Shown one piece after another: positions 1 to 12,270 of a stretch of 64,000 bases of DNA. Below the pieces are notes generated by a model. It saw only the letters and a program-made list of their open reading frames with translations, did not search any database and was not told the DNA's origin. Each line of letters begins with the position of its first letter. Position 1 is the stretch's first letter. The stretch spans positions 338,171 to 402,170 of the forward strand of contig NMRA01000122.1 in the NCBI GenBank assembly GCA_002633005.1, read 5' to 3'. The DNA comes from Phoronis australis (lineage: Eukaryota; Animalia; Phoronida). The translations under genes and the position numbers were made by a program.

Positions 1-33
1 CTAACCATTGTTCACTCTACATTACCCACCTAC

Positions 34-179
34 CTAGTGTAAGCTGCGCCATCTCCTTGTAGTGCTGGGATACAAGACCCTTCTGAATCTGTTTCAACAG
101 TTTCTGACGACGGTATTCGTCTGAGTAAGCTGCAGTAAATGGTAGTTTGCCAACCACCAGAGCATACATGTTGATACCC
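34..179 (-). CDS. HUNK: HUNK-like kinase coding exon (subdomains IX-X)
   Basis: gtcgtttcag|GGGTATC...CTAG|gtaggt; 146 nt, phase 2/1. Encodes (L)GINMYALVVGKLPFTAAYSDEYRRQKLLKQIQKGLVSQHYKEMAQLTL; GxNMYA..G.LPFT is HUNK-like. The gene continues beyond position 1, and the exon with the Gly-rich loop was not found in the window. Confidence 0.93.
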
Positions 180-664
180 CTGAAACGACCAGTAAACGAG
201 GTATGCTGAAGAACAAAGTAACTGAGAATTGTATTTTAGCCAGATTAACCGCTTTTTCAGAACTAAGGGTAAAGATTCTTGAATTTCAGACACAAAACTT
301 TTACCAAACTTCCATTTACTGCTTCTAAAGGCTTATACTACTACAATGTAGCAAATCACCAACTGTTATTTGATACCAATACTGTAAACAGAACAAACCA
401 CAGTTACAGCCAAATTAAACTTGTACTTGAACTTTTATTGAAAAATATAGGACCAAAACAGTATAATTATTCATTGAATATGCACATCATATATTACTCT
501 TAAAAATTCCTGGTAATACTAACAAGATTTTTAATTGTGTGGACATAACCTGGTTACATTTTTGTGACCTCAGAAACACTGTAAGCACTCACAGTAAAAA
601 AATTGCAGAAAAGAAACATCAAGCAGCCATTAAGAAATGGTAACCTACAAAATTTGATCCAAGC

Positions 665-880
665 AAACAGTAGTATGAGGCCAATATTTAAATTCCTAAA
701 ACATATACAAAAAGCAATATGAGGCCAATATTCAAATTTCATAAAACATGTTATACAAAAACAAGATGGGGACTATATTTAAATTTCATAAAACATATAC
801 AAACAGCACTATGAGGTCCACATTCAAATTTCGTATAACATAATTATACAAGCAGGACCATATTTATTTTCATAAAACAT
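665..880. repeat. Degenerate minisatellite, unit about 45 bp, about 5 copies
   Basis: Recurrent ATGAGG(C/T)CAATATT(T/C)AAATTTCATAAAACAT..ATACAA, ending about 12 bp from the splice donor at 892. Confidence 0.8.
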
Positions 881-892
881 CTAAGTACTCAC

Positions 893-1022
893 AGGCTCCA
901 TAAGTCCACCTCGGGTCCATATGTTTTGTTGTTGATGAATAGTTCTGGTGCCGCATACTCGGGGGAGCCACAGTGCGTACGCAGTGGTTCGTCACTCTTG
1001 TAGATATTGCTGAGACCAAAGT
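893..1022 (-). CDS. HUNK: HUNK-like kinase coding exon (activation segment)
   Basis: ttttcttgccag|ACTTTGG...AGCCT|gtgagt; 130 nt, phase 1/2. Encodes (D)[42 protein letters not shown](L). Confidence 0.96.
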
Positions 1023-1522
1023 CTGGCAAGAAAATGATCTCTAAAGTACAATCTTTACGAATTGTCGTGCTCCTACTTATTAGCTGCACGCTGACTTCCT
1101 TCAAAACTATGGTTTATAGAAATAATTGCATTAAAAAGTTATATAGTCCTTCTAGAACAAAAACCCTAAGAAAGAGTGATTTTTTCATGGAAGCTCACTA
1201 CAAATGGCTCATTTTCTTTTCACACACACTCACTAAATGGATGGGTACCCTAATTACGCTGAGGCCCCCTTCCCAAGGAGCCGATCCTCAAAAAACAAAT
1301 GGCTTCATGACCATTTTTTTACTCGTCGATCCCTTGTCTGGGGAAAAAAGGGTTTTTTAAATAGCCGAGATGTTGGATTTTGACACAGTTTCTATGATAG
1401 AGCGTGACGGAACACAATTTGAATCACAGGAAATGAGTAAGAAGGAAATATCCCCTTATTTAACATGGGTGTGACTGTGCACTTAATTAGCGTGCAAACA
1501 GCAAAACCAGTGCAACACATAC

Positions 1523-1581
1523 CTACTATCTTGATAGTTCTCTTCTTCTCATCCAACAAAATGTTCTCCATCTTCAAATCT
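1523..1581 (-). CDS. HUNK: HUNK-like kinase coding exon (catalytic loop)
   Basis: tttatttgcag|AGATTTG...GTAG|gtatgt; 59 nt, phase 2/1. Encodes (R)DLKMENILLDEKKRTIKIV(D). Confidence 0.95.
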
Positions 1582-3290
1582 CTGCAAATAAAATAAAGCA
1601 TTATTTACAAACGCACAGGAAATCAAAAACAGAGTAACAAAGTTTTATACAAACTGTGCAGTAATATGACTTCATCTCTTTTTCAAGTCAGCTGTTAGAG
1701 GAGCATTCAAAATCAAGTTCATCAAACTGTCAATCAAATGATGAGTGACAGTTGGCATGAAGTCATGACCTCAGGTTATGTTTGGGAATGTCCAGCAAAC
1801 AGTGCCACTTCTCTGAATATTACATTGAATTCTGATTTTGTACTAAGCATCTGTGGAACATCGCGCTAAAATTAGTTTGCCATTTGTCATTCTGTTATGA
1901 ATAGAGTTTTACTGTTGCATAGTGATTAGCAATGTAGGATTGAAAAATTGAAGAGCTGAGCGAGGCACGATAAAACATTTCTCACTAGTTTCACTTGGCT
2001 CAGAAAATGTGTTAGCGGCACTGGAATTCGCAAAATACATTTTTGTACCTCTGCAAACAAGGAGAGGCGATTTCAGGAAAGGAATTCTGGGAAGAAAAAG
2101 AAGAGTACATAACTACAATCCGGGGTAGACCCTAAACAACAAAAATAACAATTTTCAATATTTTTCTAAGAAGGAAAGAGACATCAGAAATACTGTGAAC
2201 AGAAGCAGTAAAAGGACACAGAAGTGACTGTACAGGAGTGACCAGCGGTCAAGGCCTACCAAAAAGGAGCCACAGCTGAACCAAACACAAGGTCCCATGG
2301 CTGAACGCCTGAGGTATCAAACAAGCCCGCAGTGACTATTAATGAGTTAAATGACAATGCCCTGCACACCTGAATAGTCTTAAAAGACCACAAATTCCTT
2401 ATGTGAATGATACAACCATCAACTGAAGAGCCCCCNCCCCCCCCCCCGCTAGACTGTAACTGAGCCAAATTTCAGTTCACCAGTAATAGGTAGAATTTCT
2501 TTACCTATTTTGCACAAAAACAATTGCAAAAACTAAGTAGTTATGGTTCTTCAAATAGTCCACAAACACCAAGTTAAGAGTTGTTTCAGATCTATATTCT
2601 ACAGACTTGAGAACCCATATTCTCTTAGCATGGACAGGGATCAGCTGGAAAAAAAATAAATATATTTGGCATCCAAGGTTGAAATTTGCAAGATTGGTGT
2701 AAAGCATTACCACCTTATGTAACACCAACCATAATAGTAAATGAATACCTAAAAATTACAGGGTGGTCACATTATTATTAATGTAGGTGCTTAAATGAAG
2801 TTTCAAAAATCTAAATTAGGTTCACTTGACTACCTGCTTAGCTATAAGTGTGCGAAGTCTACTTCTATCAATACTGGAACACTTTTGAACAATACAAAAA
2901 CCAAGGAACACCACAGGTTGTCTGGTCAAGCTGGCAAAATGTCCCCATGCTATCAGGCGTCATTACACAACTGACCATTCCAGGAGACACTTGAGACTGC
3001 AGGGTTATGGCCCACCAGCATGTGCCCATAGATTGGAGGTCAACCACCTAGCAAAGGGCCCCAGTTCTAAGACTAGGTAATCTATTGCACAAGCCACTGG
3101 CAAGGCTTGAAACACCCTTACAGGATGGGCAATTAAAGTTATATAGTTGTTGGTCAGGCAAGGATGTGATTGCTTGTACAGTAACCAATTTAAAGTATGT
3201 AAGAACCACCAGTTCTAGTCATAAGAAATTTGGCTATAACGTTTGGGGAATTTTAAAGGAAAAGCTCATTCATGAAACAATATTAGAGAC

Positions 3291-3349
3291 TAATAATAAT
3301 GATGATGATGATGATGACGATGATGAAAATAATAATAATAATAATAATT
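3291..3349. repeat. (AAT)n/(GAT)n microsatellite
   Basis: Directly visible. Confidence 0.9.
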
Positions 3350-6300
3350 AGAATATTAACTTGAAGAAGAGGAAATCTAATGATAACAATTCTGCATAAT
3401 AGTAACAAAAGTAGTCATCCTGGTAGTTGTCGACATTCAAAAATGATCGAGAGTGGTATTGGTACAGGAAAAGTCGTTCACCTTGTTCTGAAAATCAATT
3501 CAAATGTTCAATCCGATTGCCCTGATAAATCAAAACAAATGTTTGGAACCAGTCGACAACGATTCAGATAAAAAAATGCCACAAACACTGTAACAAGATC
3601 AAAAAAGTAGGTTTCAATTGTACAGTACAGCCAAGAGACGCAAGATCTCAGCTGCTGTGTCAAAGCCATCATAGTATTATTGCTATCACAAGGAAGGCCT
3701 TGTGCTTGTTTTGATAAGAGTTCATTAGGCCTGTCTGACCCAGTCAGCAGACTGGACACTGCGCATCCTGCAGCTACTTGGCCACTGGTCAGGGACCTTT
3801 GGAAATATTACCTAACACTGGGGCCTGTCTAGGGAGTGGAGACCAAAATGACACATAGCAGGGTTAGTTGGATGTGCAGAACCTTACATGTAAAAAGGGT
3901 AAAAACCACACACAGTGACAACTGCCTCACAACTCTGGAAACCGACAATAGATGGCAGAATGACAGGTAAGGTGAAGCTAGGTTTTTATGCAAACGCAAA
4001 ACCAAACCAAAACCAGCAATAAAATGTTAAGTGCTATTGAAACCATCCTGATGATAAATTACAGAACCATCAAACAGGGTAAACAATCTGGATAGTATGA
4101 CAAAGAAATTTCCAAAAACAAGTAAAGATTCAGCCATTTATCAGATAATGTGAGAAACAGGACAAGTTAGAATGGTTTCTAAGATAAGTAAGTAGAAAGA
4201 AAAGTGATAAAAATAGAAGTTTCGGTTGGTCGTATACAGTAATAGACAATATCAGGTACAGGTTAAGTCAGGGCTGACTAAAATCTTCTGTTTGGAAACC
4301 ATCTATCTAAGAGGGTAAATTAGTTTAATTTTGAGCCACGAAATACACCTTCCAAACCATAATTTCTAGAGTTCATTATGAGAAAAGCAACTGAGACAAC
4401 CAAAGACCACATGATAGGCCTTCTACAACTACAAAAGAATTATTTCAAGGATTAGCACAAGTCAAACTTGATTGACCATGGTCAACATTAATGTAAAAGA
4501 CTAACCCTGGACAAGCACGATTAAGGTGACCAAAAATGTTGTTAGCAAACAGGAGGGAGTTCAATAACCTAACAACAGGTAAACACACTTTGATCTGTAT
4601 GGGCCACTTCCTTGCCTGGACACTGGCCTTGTGTATACAGTGACCATACATGCTGGACAGCAGCCCAAGATGACCTGGGTGACTAACCACTGGCAAGTTA
4701 CTCAATAGTTCACAGGGTAGTCTATGCAGTACCACCCATACAACTCCTGCTAAAACATGAGTCTAAACTCACAATGGCTGCAATGGAACTGGTGGTGTTG
4801 GGGACGTAGTTAATATCCATTTTCATGTTTTTGAAAGTTAGTAGTCAATAGTGCTACACACTTAAAGCACGACTATTTCCTCACAACGGGTCATCAAGCG
4901 ATGGCAACATGGCACTGACTTTGTGGGACTTTGTGGCTCTTGGTGGGACTTTGTGGCTCAGGGGGGGATGTGTGGCAAATTTAGGCTGTCAGCGTTAGCG
5001 TGATATTAACTTAATTAGAAGTACATTACTGAATAAATAAACAGTGGCACAGTCAGAGTCACTATATTTATACCGACACTATGTGACTAAGTCACAAAAC
5101 AGTGTTTGACTTGTTTGTTCATCCTTGGATCCTGGCAAATCTGAGGTTATGAAAGTTTCCAAACTGTGAGACTTAGAGACAGTATTCGCCCATTAATCAC
5201 GAGTTATTTAGCAAAAAACTTGAACTTGTTATTTCCTATTTTTGGAACAGAGTGTATGTATGCTGAAAGTTCTTCTATTTAACAAAAAAATAATTGCTAA
5301 AATTGGAGTCATTTATCAAAAACTTGTACAGTTCTGCAAATGCCCACACTCTTACCAAACGATACCAAGTGAAAGTCGTAACAATTTTTCTCAACTCTTT
5401 GCAAATTTGACAAAATATAATTCAACTTGTCCACCATGTTTTTGTCCCAAACCGAAGAAATTTAACCCTAAATCCACAAGTGCCCTTTGAAGGTGAGCCG
5501 CAGGTAAATACCGAGACGAAATTCAAAACCAGAAAAAAACAGTTCAGGTTTACTACAGTGCAGGCTCTCAATAGAAAGAACTGCTTAAGCTAGCCAATGT
5601 AATCACTGGCCAGGCAACTTTTGAAGTAGACATGATACAACTTGCTTGACTAAATAACTGCCAAAGTATTTATCCAATTCAACTAGTATCAGACATCAAA
5701 GCCAAAGATCAACACTGGCCCAGACGCTAATGTATTTATAATCCAGCTAGGGAAATATGAATATAGGTTTGACACAGTCTAATGAAAGACTGTCCACAGG
5801 TAGATTGTTACCTGATACAAGTCAGGATTAGGGTGATGCCTTTTCAACTGAATTATTGCAGGTATTCACCACCCTGAATTGCAGTCTTGCTATGATGCAA
5901 TATTTGCTGTGGGAAATGTTTGCAAATAACTGGCAAATCAACAACACCTTCAGATAAGCACCACACACATGCAGGACATGATGTGGAAGTCAACTCAGGG
6001 GAGCTAACTCTGAACGCCCCATGAAAACAACTCCCAGCCTATCAGTTCCTCCAATGCTGATCAAACTGGGTTTGGGGGAACATTCTGAAAACATTAGCTT
6101 TTCCCTGAACACAGTAATCAAGCCGTGCAAGAAAATACTATCAAAGGCAGTCTACGCTAAGTTTGATCAGCTACTCAAGCCATTGTTAGTTTTGTGCAGA
6201 TTGAGTTGCAGTGCTGCTGCTCACAAGAGATATGAAATTAAGATTTAAAAAGTATCAGTCTTTTAGGTTGTTGCTTAAAATATTAGATTTCAATATCCCC

Positions 6301-7521
6301 GTTGCTTTCTTAATCATTCAAGCACTTCACACATGTTGTTACACTTCAGAACAGACTATGACAGATTTTTGCACACTATAATATATCAGAGTAAAACTCC
6401 ATAGATTTCAATGCTTTATAAGAACCTGCAGAAATCGGTACCCCTCTAAATTGGTACCCCTCTAAACAACCCTGGATCCACTTCAGCGTATCAACCAACT
6501 CTTGAACCCAACACAGCCACACAAATCCAAACATACAACAGGTCAACTGTATGACTTCTTCACCTGAAGAAAGAGCACTTATGCCAGGACCGGTCAGTCT
6601 TTTAAAGTGTAGAGTTCAACGGGGTATTAGCTGCTCAAAAATACAATATAAACCAATTCCAGCGTGATTAAATATTAGGCTACAATACTAAAGAATGAGG
6701 GTTTATCAATGTTTACTACACTGTTAGTGCTAGGGTATACAAACAAGCCTGGCAGAGATAGTGACCAGAAAGAGTGTCTTGTATGGCTTCATTTGAACCC
6801 ATTTGAATAGATCAGTTTACCTGTCTCTACCCTAAAATGAACAGTGGCTGGAGGAAAGAGATAAATAGATATTAAGTGACTGCCCCAGGGTTTTTGTATT
6901 ATTAGAAAGGGGACAACATTTGCTCTATTGAACTTCTACTGGTTCCCTTTGAAAACTCTGGTTTAGTAAATAACAAACATGCACAGAGGCAAACACCTCA
7001 CTAACAGAAAACTCCAGAGTTCTAACTGAAGTTTTGCTCTTCATCCTGTTATGTAAGAATTTAGTAATATGGCCACCATAAAACTCAGTTTTGACCAAAA
7101 TGTTAGTTAGAACTTAAAGTGTCCTGTCATTTTCAAGACCCAAATTCTATACTAGTTCAGTTGGCTTGGCAAGTATTTCCTTCCATACAGTAATATATGT
7201 ACATCTTCATCACCCAAATACACAGTCATGTGGTGCTGCTGTGTAACTGGACCCATATTTCCACAGTTGTAACTTAAAACCATACAATATCACAATAACA
7301 TTATGTTGTAGTGTAAAATAATATACTAGTTGAAATTTAATTATGGAAAAAATATCTTCTATTCGAGATACGATGTGGCGGACAAATGGAGTAAAATTTT
7401 GTTGATTTTTTACAACAATAACTTTGGTTAAAGCTATACTTTATTGACGACATGAATCAGGTACAGGGAAACAGTGTGGCCTAGTGCCGGGATAGATGTT
7501 CGCTTACTTTACTCAAAGTTG

Positions 7522-7624
7522 AGTCCCATGGGGCACAGTGCCAGACCCTCGAGTCTGGTCTCTAACTCCTCAGTCCAAATGGGGCACAGTGCCAGACCCT
7601 TGAGTCTGGTCTCTAACTCATCAG
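7522..7624. repeat. 51-bp tandem duplication, possibly within an old tRNA-derived SINE
   Basis: ATGGGGCACAGTGCCAGACCCT(C/T)GAGTCTGGTCTCTAACTC occurs twice. It is preceded by A-box-like GTGGCCTAGTG and B-box-like GTTGAGTCCC; the SINE reading is inference. Confidence 0.75.
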
Positions 7625-8199
7625 CTTGTTTACCAGTATATCAATGAAGTATAAAAAATGCTTCCGCATGATCAGTGCAATGGGCCCACTTGAGCGGCCT
7701 GCACACCTCTTGTACAATGTGTACTAGACCGCTTACAATTATTTTTTTTTTAAATATTTAAGGTACGGGGATGGTCCTTTTAACAGGAGGTCCTATTCTG
7801 CTGTCCTGTAATAGGGAAATGATCACCAGTTTTAATTCCTAAGACTGTACTTTTGAATGAGTGAGATTTAATTATTTTTCCAAAATAGTTCTGCGGAGCG
7901 TTAAGACAAAATTTCTGACTTAGTTAAGTCTCGGTGAGTAATTTTTCGTGAAACAGACCTTTGGTCAAATTGTGAATATTTGCAACAATGTAGCAAGCAC
8001 TTGAACATAGAGAAACAACCATTTCAGTGATTATTTGGCTTCCAAATTGAAGAAAGTGTTTATGAGTGTACATCAGGTTGCCTCCCCTCACAAGCTCCGG
8101 TCACATTTAGTCAGTAACCTAGTGGCTGCCTCCCCACACAAACTCTGTTTCTATGGAAACCCTCACACACATGCATAACTCACAAGTCTAATGATTTTA

Positions 8200-8710
8200 T
8201 TAACACCTAACACTCCTGTAAGAATGTATCAATGAACAGTTTCAATGACTATTATTAGCAAATACAACTGTCTCATACACCCCAACACTTAAGGCTAACA
8301 CCTGACTTCAGGTAGTCAACAGGTGACAGGTTGTAACAACAAGCTATTTAGCTAATATCCACCAGGTACACAGCCCTCAGCTACTCCTCCTTGATGTCTG
8401 ACTGTTGGTCCAGCCCGCCTGCACAATAACACTGCTTACCAGGTAACTTTTGATTAATCAGATGGAAAACTGTATCAAAGATTAATTAACTAAGGTATTC
8501 GGAATTGTTTATAAGATACACCTAACCACTAAGCGCCAGGTGAATAGCCAATCCAAAACAAACATTCGCTAATATTGACACAGCATTTAGGTGTTTACAT
8601 AAACACAGATCAGAGGCCTCCATACCTGGGCAGGTAATTAGTCATAAACACAGGTAGATATTTCTAAAGAAACACACATCACAACACCTGCATTCACCTG
8701 GCAGATCAAA
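8200..8710. promoter_or_regulatory. Candidate enhancer or silencer: homotypic CAGGT(A/G) and T-box cluster
   Basis: 11 CAGGTR/YACCTG sites between 8297 and 8700, plus AACACCT/AGGTGTT, Fox (TGTTTAC, TAAACAC), TCF (ATCAAAG) and TAAT palindromes. Not a tandem repeat. Confidence 0.45.
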
Positions 8711-9465
8711 ATGTTTTCATAGCTGACTCCATGGCTCTGGTGACTGGGGGAAACATAAACTTAAAATCTATTACATGTTTTGACAAAATAGGAATTGTTC
8801 TTGTCTTTATACACATTTGGTTGAGTCTAGCTTTTCAAAGTGCGGTTTACCTAACAACAACTGTGGGGGCTCCAATAACACCTTCGAACTACTTAGGACT
8901 CCTTGCCCTGGTCAAAAACATGTGCCAACTGCAACATGGGATTTCAAGGGCTGTTACAACATGGTATTAATACTGTCAATTCTGGGTTAGGCAGGCCCAG
9001 TCTTGTTGAACACCATTGGAGTTCCCCACACTCAGTCAATAAACAGTCAAAAAGCACGGCAACAATTCTCCAGTTTAGAACAGTGAAAATCAATTATTTT
9101 CCTCAAGATCAGAACCAAAATTTAGAAATAGGCAATATTGTGCCAAATTCAAAAATCACAAGACAAATTTTGCATCGGCAACTATTTTTCACGATTTTAT
9201 CTCATGTTTGTTGATACAAAATGCAGTGTTTGAGAAATGTGATGAGGACCAAAACTACCTTGTATGTCCCAATCTTCGGAATCAAGAATTTCAGAGTCCC
9301 AAATTTTAGAGACTAGCCCAACTTTTTACAGCTGGCGGATAACATTCAAGCAGCAACAAACTCAGTAGTTTCGCAAAAAAGCCCAAAAAAGAAAAAGTAC
9401 AACTGGTTCATCCAGCCAATCTCTGAATTAGACTGACGACAATGTCCTAGGATATGACCTACTAC

Positions 9466-9615
9466 CATGGTCTAGGGCGACGCACCATAAGGGGGCCGGG
9501 GGGGGGCTATAGCTCCCCACTTTTTTCAATGCTCCGGCACTCATGGTCTATGGGCGGTGTACCACAGGGGTGCTGTAGCTCCCCACTTTTTTCAGTGCTG
9601 CGCCACCCGTGTCTA
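9466..9615. mobile_element. Two tandem MITE-like units of about 70 bp
   Basis: Both contain GCT(A/G)TAGCTCCCCACTTTTTTCA and imperfect terminal inverted repeats (TATGGGCGGTGTACCA / TGCTGCGCCACCCGTG). GTCTA occurs before, between and after the units. Confidence 0.6.
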
Positions 9616-11599
9616 TATAATACGCGACAGTAGAATCCAAATGACTTGCGACAAAAACTGACTTCATGAACAATTTAGGAACCCCCCATTACAATTTGGA
9701 AACCAATTTGCAACAGCATAGCACAGTTACAGCTGGGTAGGGTTGTTGACACGTTGGGCTATTAGGCACCATAATCACACTGTCAAGGTTGACAGCTGGT
9801 CTAGTTGACCTTAGTATTACTACAAATTACCACCAAGTTAGCAGCCCCTAATTATATGCAATTATATAGCTATAAAATACACAACTCCTAAACATATTAT
9901 TGATAGAGTTAAGATAGCTTTATGTTAATATTGCATCACATCTTTTCAAATGATAAACCACTATTAGAACACTGTTCAGGAGTTAGGGGGGTTGCAAACC
10001 TTGATCCAGGCCTTTCCTAGCCAAGCAACTTTCATTCACAGCAAAGTCTCCCCATGATCCCCAACATTTAGGATACTTTTTACTTTAAATCATTCCACAC
10101 GATGTACAAAAGGTCTAAAGGAAGATGGAATAATGTTAAACATTAAAAGAAGTCAACTATTTATTTTTGACTCGTGAAGATTACAATCCATTCGTTATGC
10201 ACTAGTTATTCATACAAGTACCTCTCAAGCAACCTGTGCACTAACACTATGTGTATGCAAGGGGATGAGAATGTGTGCATCCCTCATCCCACAATCTCCA
10301 GCCAATTTCCCAGGGCACATCAAAGACTTCACAATGCCACCACACATGGAAGTGAGCTTATATTGGCAGGCTTGGCCAAATGTGTATTGGATGAGATAAC
10401 TGCAGTCCTAACCAAGTGTACCAGTTTCAAAGTAAAAAATAGCAATAAGTAAATATTATCCGTCTTCGAATTTTTAAAATCGGTGCATTATAAGAGAAAT
10501 TAAAGCAAATGTGTTTTCTTCAGCAGCGTGGCTGAGCCACGCGCATTAATTAACTTATATGAAAGAACGGGTTAGTCAGAGTCTGGCTTAGGCACGCTTG
10601 TAGTGGGGTGACAAAAGGCCAAATGACAGCGTGAGATTTGCCTCATGCCAACACAGCTTCATGAGTAGTCCGACTGCATCCAGCACGTGCAGGCGGCCAT
10701 AGCAGTCAACCATGAAATGCGAGTACATGTGGCAGGTCGGTCAAGCCACACCTGAGGAGTGAAACACTACAGGTTAATGAATGGATGAGTAGGACTGAAT
10801 AAGGTTATGAGGACACCTGTAGGCCAGGCCAGTAACCGACATAATGCTCTGTACATAAATCACAATAAAAAAGGCATGAAATCGGAAAACTGAATGAACA
10901 AGCCCTGCAGCCACAAACAACAGCCTACCTGAGTGTAAGTTAATTCAGAGTTGGCTCCCCATAGATCACAGTTAATGAGGTGGTGGAAATGTGGTAATTA
11001 TCTTTTAATAAACCCAGTGCAAAATATAAAAATAACGAACAACGCCAGTTATTTGAAAACAGAATATTGCCCACCCATGGCATGGGAACGTTGGCAAAAT
11101 GAGGGTGGTTAAACAATAAACTGAAAAATAATATGTTCCCACGGATAACAGAATGTTACCTAACCCTAGACTATGTTCCGTTACCACGGTGTTACAACAA
11201 TTAGGCCACAACAATGTAGGTAATAAACAGTATATTATAATTTAAACCTGAAAATGAAGTTTTTAATTTTTCACACAATTTAACTGCGAGACTACGAGTT
11301 GTTAACTGAATGCAACGTGACATTATAACGGGCCTGAGAGTGCTTCCTGCATATTAAAAACAAGGCGGTGCGCAATTGGTGTAATTCAAAGTTGAATGAA
11401 TTTAAAAGTTATGCCAATCTTAATGTCATTTGCCCAGTACGTGGGAACAGGCACTTAATACCTTGATCTAATTAGGTCCAGCCGAAATACCAAACTTAAC
11501 ACTGGAATAAATAAAGGTAGTGAAGGCCAATCTTCAAACTGCAGTAATCAATAACTTGATTCAGTCTTTTATCATTTGTAGTCAGAAACCTTGCCCTAT

Positions 11600-12270
11600 T
11601 AACAAATGCAACTTAAAAAGGCCACCAGGGGACGCAGCATAAGTCAAATCTGTCCGAAACAAGGAACACCATGAACTCCAAACCTATCAAAACAGATGTA
11701 AAAATAAAATTGCCACTAGGGGGCACAGCTATTGTCAGACGGGTCTGAAACTCGCCATCATATGTTGCAATCTTCATAAAAACACATCTGCCAAATTTCA
11801 CAAAGATCATCCAAAGGTTTAAGGAGATACAGCCGTGTGCAACAAACATCCCACTCGGGGGCGCCAAAGTTCTTGAACCTGTTTGAAAATCAACTTTGGC
11901 TGCAGTCTTTTCATTAAGAACACCAGGTGGCATATAATACATCAAATGCATCCCAAAATGGGAAGGCGTTGTCATTGCCTTAATAGAAACCTATTTGACA
12001 AATTTCATGAAAATCCATCAAGGAACTCCAAAGATAGAGAAGCGAATATAAAACCTAAACTGTCACTAGGGGGGAGAACAGTAGTCAGATTGATTGTCGT
12101 CATCATCTGTCGTCAGCTTAATAGGAACACATCTGCCAAATGTCATTTTGATCCTACAAGGGGGGTTCAGGTGATACAGTAGCGGATACTGGATGCCCGG
12201 GACGCCCTGAGACAGAGATGACGGCAATATGCACCCATATATAAATATGTTTGGTCAATATGGTGACATT
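11600..12270. mobile_element. Non-autonomous element resembling Helentron-associated interspersed elements (HINE)
   Basis: Internal degenerate repeats (CCACTAGGGGGC ... ACACATCTGCCAAATTTCA ... GATC), AAATTTCATGAAAATCC, a degenerate GACG/GGAC run and a terminal imperfect stem ATGCACCCATAT...ATATGGTGACAT. Homologous to 19218-19830. The family assignment is inference. Confidence 0.55.

Noticed and set aside
30-293. Listed ORFs 30..293 and 36500..36781 as proteins
   Set aside because: They overlap real exons in the wrong frame; the kinase frame is different.
6530-6580. Recursive splice site or 27-nt cassette (ctctttcttcag|GTGAAG); similar at about 31085 (cag|GTATTC) and 38090 (cag|GTACTC)
   Set aside because: The regenerated donors are far from GTAAG/GTGAG, the downstream donor is weak, and the cassette would introduce an immediate stop.
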